In this document: positions 33,016-40,576 of the stretch, piece by piece
Layout: each line of letters opens with the position of its first letter
Position numbering within the stretch: position 1 is the first letter of the stretch
Assembly: GCF_001194135.2 (NCBI RefSeq)
Contig: NC_068984.1
Coordinates: 97,574,201-97,614,776, forward strand
Length of the DNA: 40,576 nt
Direction: 5' to 3'
DNA from: Octopus bimaculoides
Lineage: Eukaryota
Program-made: the position numbers and the translations under genes
The notes under the pieces: generated by a model
Databases searched by the model: none
The model's input: the letters and a program-made list of their open reading frames with translations, nothing else
What the model was told of the DNA's origin: nothing

Positions 33016-33128
33016 ATATATCTGTTTCCAGTGAAATTATTCACTGTTAATACCTCGTTCAGAGATCTAACATTGCTTGTTTTCACTTTTTCGAGATCAG
33101 TGAATAATTTCACTGGAAAAAGATATAT
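33016..33128. mobile_element. Third, short fragment of the hammerhead-element family, folded into a hairpin (no ribozyme part)
   Basis: 31-bp arms 33016-33046/33098-33128 with 1 mismatch. The interior actgttaatacctcgttcagagatctaacattgcttgttttcac is homologous to ~15288-15360. Confidence 0.8.
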
Positions 33129-33159
33129 ATTTTTTGTACCTTTTACAAATAAACCATGA

Positions 33160-36100
33160 CTGTGAAGTCCAGCAACTACACTATTCTTTTACCAAGAATG
33201 AAATTAAGTAGGGTGAATCACACCCAACCTTCTTGCTACATCCTTCCATCTTTTCCAGAATATACTTCGCGATAGGTGTCTCCTCTCCAACCGAATACAG
33301 CAACCCACGGCCGGAGATACAAGTTCCCGTCACGACTCCTTTCATTCTAGTTCTCCATACACACTCTTTCAACACTGCGACTGTACACAACAAAAAAGGC
33401 CTCATTTTCCATTCATAGTCCGGATGGAGGTACGCTTTCATCGCCTGCCCGCACCTTGGGCATGTCGGTGGCACTGATATTTCATGCTTCGATAATTTTA
33501 TAGCACTGCTAGGTCAGGGGTCTTTAGTAGTTATACAAGTAACACAGCCTGAAAGTTCCCTGGAACAGGTTCTCATCGAGCTCCAGAGCTCCTCCTAGGA
33601 CGTCATCGACGTCATCACTCTTAAACTCTACCAGCCCTTTATAGAATACCGAGGTGGTATTCCCGCTGCCCGCCTTATGGGTTAGCGCGAGTGCCTGTCG
33701 GCACTCCTTTTGCCATTCAGCCGTATTACGTATTTTAATCAAATCGGGTGTAAATTCCTCCAAGGAGGCCGGTCGTGGAAAGAATTCCTCTGCTAGCGAA
33801 TTCCACACCTGGCCACCATCCTGCTAGAGCCAGAGATGCCTTAGCCTCAGTGAATGCTTGCACATCATTAGCCAAGGCATTCCTAACCCACCCTTTAGCG
33901 GTTCTTGGCAGCATACGGAGCGCCTCACAGGCGGCTTTCCTCCCTTACACAACAAGCTGACTCACGGAGCTGGCAATCCTCCCATTCTTCTGCCAGTTTG
34001 TGCAGACGCAGACCAGCAAGTGTCCGAACAAGTCAGGCATACTACGATAAAATTCATAGCGCTGACCATCCAGGCCCGGCGACCTGTCCCCGGTGCACTT
34101 AGCTAGCACCTCTTCGACCTCCGAAGATGTAATTGGCCCTTCACAGCATTCCGCCTCCCGTGCCGACACTCGCGGCCCACTGGCAAGGAAGTTCTTTGGG
34201 GACTCTCCACTATCCAGTGCGTCGATCTCTCCAAACAACCGGGCTAAATGCTGGTGAAAAGCCCTTTGTATGTCTTCTTGTCCTTCAATCGCACGCCCAT
34301 GTTCGTCCTTTAAAGACTTTATAAAGGCTCCTTTGCTCCTCCGACTCTCCACACGACGTGCCCATCCGGCAACGTTAATACCCCCTCTCCTCACCGCACG
34401 TAACTTAGCCCTGACTCTACACCGTTCGTGTTTTGGCTTTGAGATGACGGAACAAACCGCTCTCACCGCCATCACTCTGGATGCAGAGCCATATTCCATG
34501 GCCTCATGTAATTCCTCAATTAGTTTCCCTTCTATTCTTCTATAAACTTAGCTGATTATTAATCTAAGAGACTCAGAACGAATGCGCACCACTATCTATT
34601 ATTAAAGATGGCGCTGCATAATGCCCTCTACACTAACTCCTTCACCTGGCCACAAAATAGACTTCATCTTCCAGTACCCTGGTTCCTGCCTATGATATCT
34701 ATCTAGGTATACCTCACACGTCACAAACTTGTGATTCGTGTAAGTGACACAACAAAAGCGTGGACAACTGAGCGTATTCTTATCTCTATCTCTAACGAAT
34801 ATCCTATATAAATAAGATCTGTGTGAACCGTCGTCATTAGTCCACGCCCACTGTGGAACGAGCAGTTTATCCAGTCTATATCGGTCTACTAGTGTATAGC
34901 TTCCTAGTAGCCTTTTGAGGCCAGGATTTCCCCTTCTATCAGTCGAGCCAAGACTTTCCACCCGTGCGTCGAGAATAGTGTTAAAGTTTCCTTTTAAAAC
35001 TAGAGTTTTTGACGTTACTAAGAAACTCTCCATGTCTCGAAGAAAACCACCTTTCTACACTCTTTAGGAGGGTAGACATCTACCAACCTGAAGGACTATT
35101 TACATACGTGTCACATCCAAAACGACCAGGCTATCTTCTGTGTCCTGAAAGACTGTGCTTACCTGTAAGTCCAAGTTTTTCCTGAACAAGACCACTCCAC
35201 CCTCGCCTCTCCGCCGACTAGGAGAAATAAATTTTTCGTAGCCATTTAGAAGAGGCGAGAACGCTTGTGTCCCGTTCAGTTTAGACTCAGTCACAACACA
35301 AACATCAATATCTAGTTACCTAAGGTCGTTTAGGGGACAAGTTTGTTTCCATCTCGACCCCAGGCAACGCGCATTTATACATCCCAACTTAATCTCCACA
35401 GTAAAAGTTTTACTTACATTTTAAGTTTTGGGGAGGGGCTGCACGAATTCGCAAACTCCCCTCCTTTTCTTTCTGAGGTGTAACCACTGGGCTAAACGTA
35501 AGCTTTTTTGCGCCATCTCCTGGTTTACAACGTGAATGTCCTTGGAGTATCTTTCTTTGAACCCTTGGAACAGCTCCGCATCTATTCTCGCCAAACGGAT
35601 GTTAGGTGGCATGCCTTGCATTATTTTTATATAGACGTGTCTTATGATGTACTCCAATTACTTTTTGCTAATACAGCGTTTTTTCGTTGAACGTAACTAT
35701 CTTTTGATTGTTTTAGGAGGGGATTTGGTAAAGGGTCTTTACTTGGGGGTTGGAGTGGGGAAGTTCTTCTTGTGTGTCTGTGGTGTTTATGCTTGTCTTC
35801 TTTGTCTAGGGAGGGGAGTCCGGGGCTTGAGCCTCTTTTTCTTTTGTGTGATATGACCGTCGTAAACTCCATGTCCTCCTCCGCCACAAGAGTTGTATTT
35901 TCTATTTTCTCTTGGATATTCTATTTCTTTTTGTCTTTTTTCCTGTATTTTTTCTGTTTCTTTTTCTCCTTTTTCTTGTTGTTCGTTAGTATTTTCTTTT
36001 TCTTTTTGAGGAGGGNNNNNNNNNNNNNNNNNNNNNNNNNNNNNNNNNNNNNNNNNNNNNNNNNNNNNNNNNNNNNNNNNNNNNNNNNNNNNNNNNNNNN

Positions 36101-37060
36101 NNNNNNNNNNNNNNNNNNNNNNNNNNNNNNNNNNNNNNNNNNNNNNNNNNNNNNNNNNNNNNNNNNNNNNNNNNNNNNNNNNNNNNNNNNNNNNNNNGCA
36201 CCAACGTTTACTTCCCCCACTCTTCTTCATTTGTAGCATTGCCATCTCCTCCTCTACATCATAAATCACAGTGCCGCCATCCACCTTACATCATATCCTG
36301 CTAGAATTTCTTCTACCGTTATCTTGGCGGTTCTTCGCCCCAGATAAGTGGGTCGTAATATTATTTCTTCGCTTTTCAATGTTCTCGTCGATACCGCCCT
36401 TACAATATCTGTGCTTTAGAATTGCGTCTCTACTGTGACGCTCCTTACCCCCACGTCCCACGTAGGTAATTTGGCTCCAAATGGGCGCCAAACATCTTTC
36501 TCAATTTTCACCGACATTATTCTTTTTTCTTTTATGTTGTATATTTTATATACTGCTGTTCTCGCCACTAAACTTTGTACTGTTTCCTGTGGGGATAATA
36601 ACTTTGTGTCATTTCCGTTTTTCTTAATTAAATTTCGGTAATTGAATAAGTGTTCCTTAGTCACATTCATCTCTATTAAATTTCCGTCCACAGCGGCCGA
36701 AAAACTGGGCTTTTGCTTTTCTCCTTTTTGTACTATTTCAACGTTAGTTGCTTTTTCCATCTCAGGGAAATCCTTCTTAGATAATAAATTGAATTCCATT
36801 TTGCACAAAATGGTTTCCTTAACACAAATTTATCACAAAAAACAAAATTAATAATTTTTGGGAAAACGGGTAAAAAATAATCAGTAAAAAAATACAATCC
36901 AACAGAACTAATTATCACCCGTAGAGCGAAAATTACCGTTAACAAAACGATAGCAGTTCAAATTCAACAAGTATAACAAGTGTAACAAACAGTGCAATAG
37001 CAATAAACGTTAAACAAAATAAACTCACACAAGCAGCAGCAGCCAAACGAGATGTAACTA
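33160..37060 (-). mobile_element. L1/Tx1-type LINE copy A: ORF1, APE endonuclease, RT core deleted, C-terminal Cys-rich region
   Basis: ORF1 fragments at 36808-35421. APE motifs GCINARCL...DVCVVTESKL, LKGNFNTILD and WTNDDGSHRSYLYRIFV. Pre-RT GPITSSEVEEVL...SPGLDGQRYEFY is joined directly to post-RT LLCKGGKPPVRRSVCCQEPLKGGLGMP. PTCPRCG lies near the 3' end. Confidence 0.88.
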
Positions 37061-37225
37061 AGTGGGATTCTTTATTATGATAATTTATATTGTATACAGA
37101 AAAGGACAGTAGAGGACGTTACAAACGAATAGTGCTATACAAGTTCATATTATGATAATTTAAAAATTTGATGATGTATATAAGAATTTAAAAAGAAATT
37201 TCCCACTTTTTACACACAAATTATG

Positions 37226-39595
37226 TCCAGTGACTACACCTTTGCTTCTACCACGAATGAGATTAAGTAGGAACAATCACGCCCAACTTCCTTGCTATAT
37301 CATCCCATCTTCTCTCGAATATACTTCGCGACAAGTGTCTCTTCTCCAAACCTGTACTGCTCTTCAGATGATATCTGAAATAATACAGCAGACCAGTGCC
37401 GGAGATGAAGGATCCTGCCACGAGTCCTTGCATTCTAATTCTCCATACACACTATTTCAACACTGCGACTGTACCCAAATACGATTTCATCGTCCTGCCC
37501 GCACCTTGGGCATGCCGGTGGCACTGATATTGCATGCCTGGACAATTTTTCGCGAACAGGTAACGCGTTCCTATATCACTGCCAGGTCAGGGATCTTTGG
37601 TACTTATCCAAGTAACACGGCCTGAAAGTTCTTTGAAACAGGTTGGCTAGCTGGTTCTCATCGAGCCCCAGAGTACCACCCAGGACGTCATCACTCTTAA
37701 ACTCTACCAGCCCTTTATAGAATACCGAGGTTGTATTCCCGCTGCCGGCTTTGCCCGCCTTGTGGGTTAGCGTGAGTGCCTGTCGGCACTCCTTTTGCCA
37801 TTCAGCCGTATTACGTCTTTTAATCAAATCGGGTGTAAATTCCTCCAAGGAGGCCGGTCGTGGAAAGAATTCCTCCGCCAGTGAATTCTACACCTGGCTA
37901 CCATTCAGGTAGAGCCAGAGATGCCTTAGCTTCAGTGCATGCCTGCACATCATAAGCCAAGGCATCCCTAACCCACCCTTTAGCGGTTCTTGGCTTCCCT
38001 TCCACAACAAGCGGAAGAGGTGTGCCAACTTGCTTAGCCACGAATCAGGGCAAGGGACAACGGTCAGACGGTAGGTAATAGCAGATACAATAAACACAAG
38101 CACCACTTCCGCCCTCCCTTTCAGGGAAAGCGCCTTTCCAGATCAAGTCCGGACTAGGGCCTCCACCCTGTCTGCCACCTCACTCCAATTCTTGTCCGTC
38201 TGAGAATCTTGTCCAAACCAAATTCCTAGCAACTTAACAGGACCATCCATCCAGTGTCCCACGACACTGGACGTTATCGTCTTGCCATACCAGGTGACGA
38301 GCCTCAAGCCAATGGACTTGTGCTTGTTAAAATTTGCCCCTGCCTCGTGTCCTTTGATTGCACCCTCTACACAAGTTAACTGAGCTTCATTGGACACTGT
38401 GATGGTGAAGTCATTCACATAGGCAAGAAACAGACTTACCACATCCCATTTCATTGGGGATGCCCCTCAAACTCTCCAGCCTCCGCAGCAATGGCTCAAG
38501 AGCCAGTACATACAGAGGCGAAGACAAGGGGCACCCTTGACGAACCGAGCGCTTGACCTCAGACGGCACCGACAGGTGACCGTTTATCTGGACTGTGGAT
38601 TTGATGTCGCCATAAATGGCAGTGATCCAAAAGCGGAAGTCCGAGCCCCGCCCAGAAGCCTCAAGAGCTGCCGCCAGGTACTGGTGGTCTACCCTATCAA
38701 AAACTTTATTTTGGTCTAAATGGACTAGTGCCCCACCTTTACCGGACAATTTACCAACACTGTCTAAGGTGTAGAATGTCCTGGATTGACCTGCCTGGGA
38801 TAGCGCATGTCTGAGCCTTCCCTACAAGTTTCTTCGCGACACGCGTCAACCTTTTTTGCTAGCACCTTGGTCAAAATCTTTAACTCTACATTAAGTTATG
38901 GGCCTGAAATTACTAATATGGTCCCCCTTGCTCGGGTCTTTTCTGATCAGCGCCACAACTCCCCGACTCACAGAGCTGGGAATCCTCCCATTCTGCTGCC
39001 AGTTTGTGTAGATGCAGGCCAGCAAGTGTCTGAACAAGTCAGGCATACTATGATAAAATTCATAGGGCAGACCATCCAGCCCCAGCGACTTGTCCCCGGT
39101 GCACTCAGCCAGCACCTCTTCGACCTCCGCAGCTGTAATCGGCCCGTCACAGCATTCCGCCTCCCGTGCTGACAGTCGCGGCCCAACGGCGAGGAAGTTC
39201 TTTAAGAACTCCCCATGACCCAGTGCGTCGCTCTCCTCGAAATACTGGGAGAAATGCTGGTGAAAAGCCTTTTGCATCTCCTCCTGTCCTTCAATCGTAC
39301 GCCCATGTTGGTCCGTGAAAGTCTTTATAGAGGCTTCTTTGCTTCTCCGACTCTCCACACGATGTGCCCATCCGGCAATGTTAATACCCTCTCTCCTCAC
39401 CGCACGTAATTTAGCCCTGATTCTACACCCTTCGTGTTTGGCTTTGAGATGACGGAACCAAACCGCTCTCGCCACCATCACTCTGGATACAGAGCCATAT
39501 TCCATGGCCTCCTCTAATTCTTTAGTCAAGTTCTCTTCTATCCTAGTCTTCTGTAAACTTATCTGATTACTAAATCTAAGAGACTCAGGGCGAAT
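37226..39595 (-). mobile_element. L1/Tx1-type LINE copy B: 5'-truncated, RT core retained but decayed
   Basis: SLGLDGLPYEFY, NFRPIT, LDQNKVFDRVDH, SVRQGCPLSSPLYVLALEPLL, AYVNDFT (degenerate YxDD), VKLLGIWFG and LLWKG..KGGLGMP. Collinear with copy A over shared regions. Confidence 0.9.
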
Positions 39596-40249
39596 GGCTC
39601 GCTCGTAAAGTAACGAACAAGAAATTTCTTGTACAAAAATGTTCAGCTAATTTGTAAGTTTGTCTAGTCACTTTTTTCTTTATTTAAGGTAGTAAATTAG
39701 CCAAATTCTACTTAAATAAGGATAGTGTTATTTGCAAACTATAATAAAGTAAGTTTTAATATTCAAATTTTAATTTTAGCTGCAATATTGCAAGTAAAAT
39801 GTTTCTTATTCTTCACTTTACTAGAAGTAATAGCTTGTCCTATACTTTTACAAGTGTAATAACTTGTCCTGTACTTTTCAAGGTTTATAATCTTAAGAAT
39901 ATTACTTTTCATGCTCGCATTTTTCCATGTAATCCATGATTTTTCCAGGTATTACTGTTATAAGATAATTAGAAATGTGTCAATTAGTAATTCAAGATTT
40001 TACCTTATAAAATACTGAAAGATAATATTTCAAGTTTTCCACTTAAGTGATAATAATATTTCAATTATTTTTTTTCATGTTTAATTTAAATATATTTTGT
40101 GATTGAATTATTTGATATTACTCATCCACACCAAATTAATGTCAGGGATTTTTACCATGTTGTTGGTTGCACCACGGCTCGCCAAAAGTTGCAAATAACA
40201 AGACCACAAAACCATCAGTTACCAGGCTCACCTTAACCTAATTTTGCAA

Positions 40250-40420
40250 TATTAGGAGGTCACAGGAATTCATTCAACGAAAAATAATTTCCCGAACCAA
40301 AATAAGGGATTTGCAGCATAATAGGAGGTCAGGGGAACTTGATTCCACGCAAAAAATCCAATTCTTTTTTTTCCTTACTGAAAATCGTGCGGGTGTTAAT
40401 TTAGAAATTTACCATAGCGT
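40250..40420 (-). repeat. Inverted copy of the 10217-10646 dispersed repeat family
   Basis: gggatttgcagcataataggaggtcaggggaacttgattccacgcaaaaaatcc...aaaatcgtgcgggtgttaat is the reverse complement of the repeat unit. Confidence 0.7.
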
Positions 40421-40576
40421 TGTTATTTAGCCTCAAACCAACCCTGTTCCATGTGACAAATTCTACCAGTATCGGAAGTTTCAAAATGTTTAGTTAAAAA
40501 AAAAATTAATTAAATAAACTGTACGTCAAAATGAATATGTCCAAAAAGGATGAAATGCAAAGCCGACCTCGACGGA

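Noticed and set aside
10886-33159. Many ORF-track entries rich in HT, CV, YI or X
   Set aside because: They are translations of microsatellites or N gaps, not genes.

Overview
AT-rich, intron-containing, microsatellite-rich animal genomic scaffold with many N gaps. The SINE and LINE repeat types resemble those of octopus (coleoid cephalopod); this taxon call is an inference from repeat recognition only. About two thirds of the readable sequence is decayed mobile DNA. It includes two R4/Dong-like non-LTR fragments, two Helitrons on the minus strand (one near full length), an RTE LINE apparently nested in a hAT transposase relic, a second RTE fragment, two tandem L1/Tx1-type LINEs, and tRNA-derived SINEs of two families. 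One host gene is visible on the + strand: a TATA-box promoter candidate, a signal-peptide exon (24413-24470) that splices in phase to a cysteine-rich exon (28198 onward), and at least 15 tandem ~37-aa six-cysteine pacifastin/VWC-like modules ending at a CAG|GTGAGT donor at 30292. The most unusual signal is a set of five type I hammerhead-ribozyme-like motifs with self-complementary helix III, the dimer-type architecture known from Penelope-like elements and retrozymes. Two of them lie in a ~330-360 bp non-coding family whose three copies here all carry an inverted duplication. Three of the five motifs share the same non-canonical U at core position 6. Several other long fold-back structures are present. 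No rRNA, true tRNA or CRISPR array was found. All alignments, folds and coordinates were done by eye, and element boundaries are approximate.
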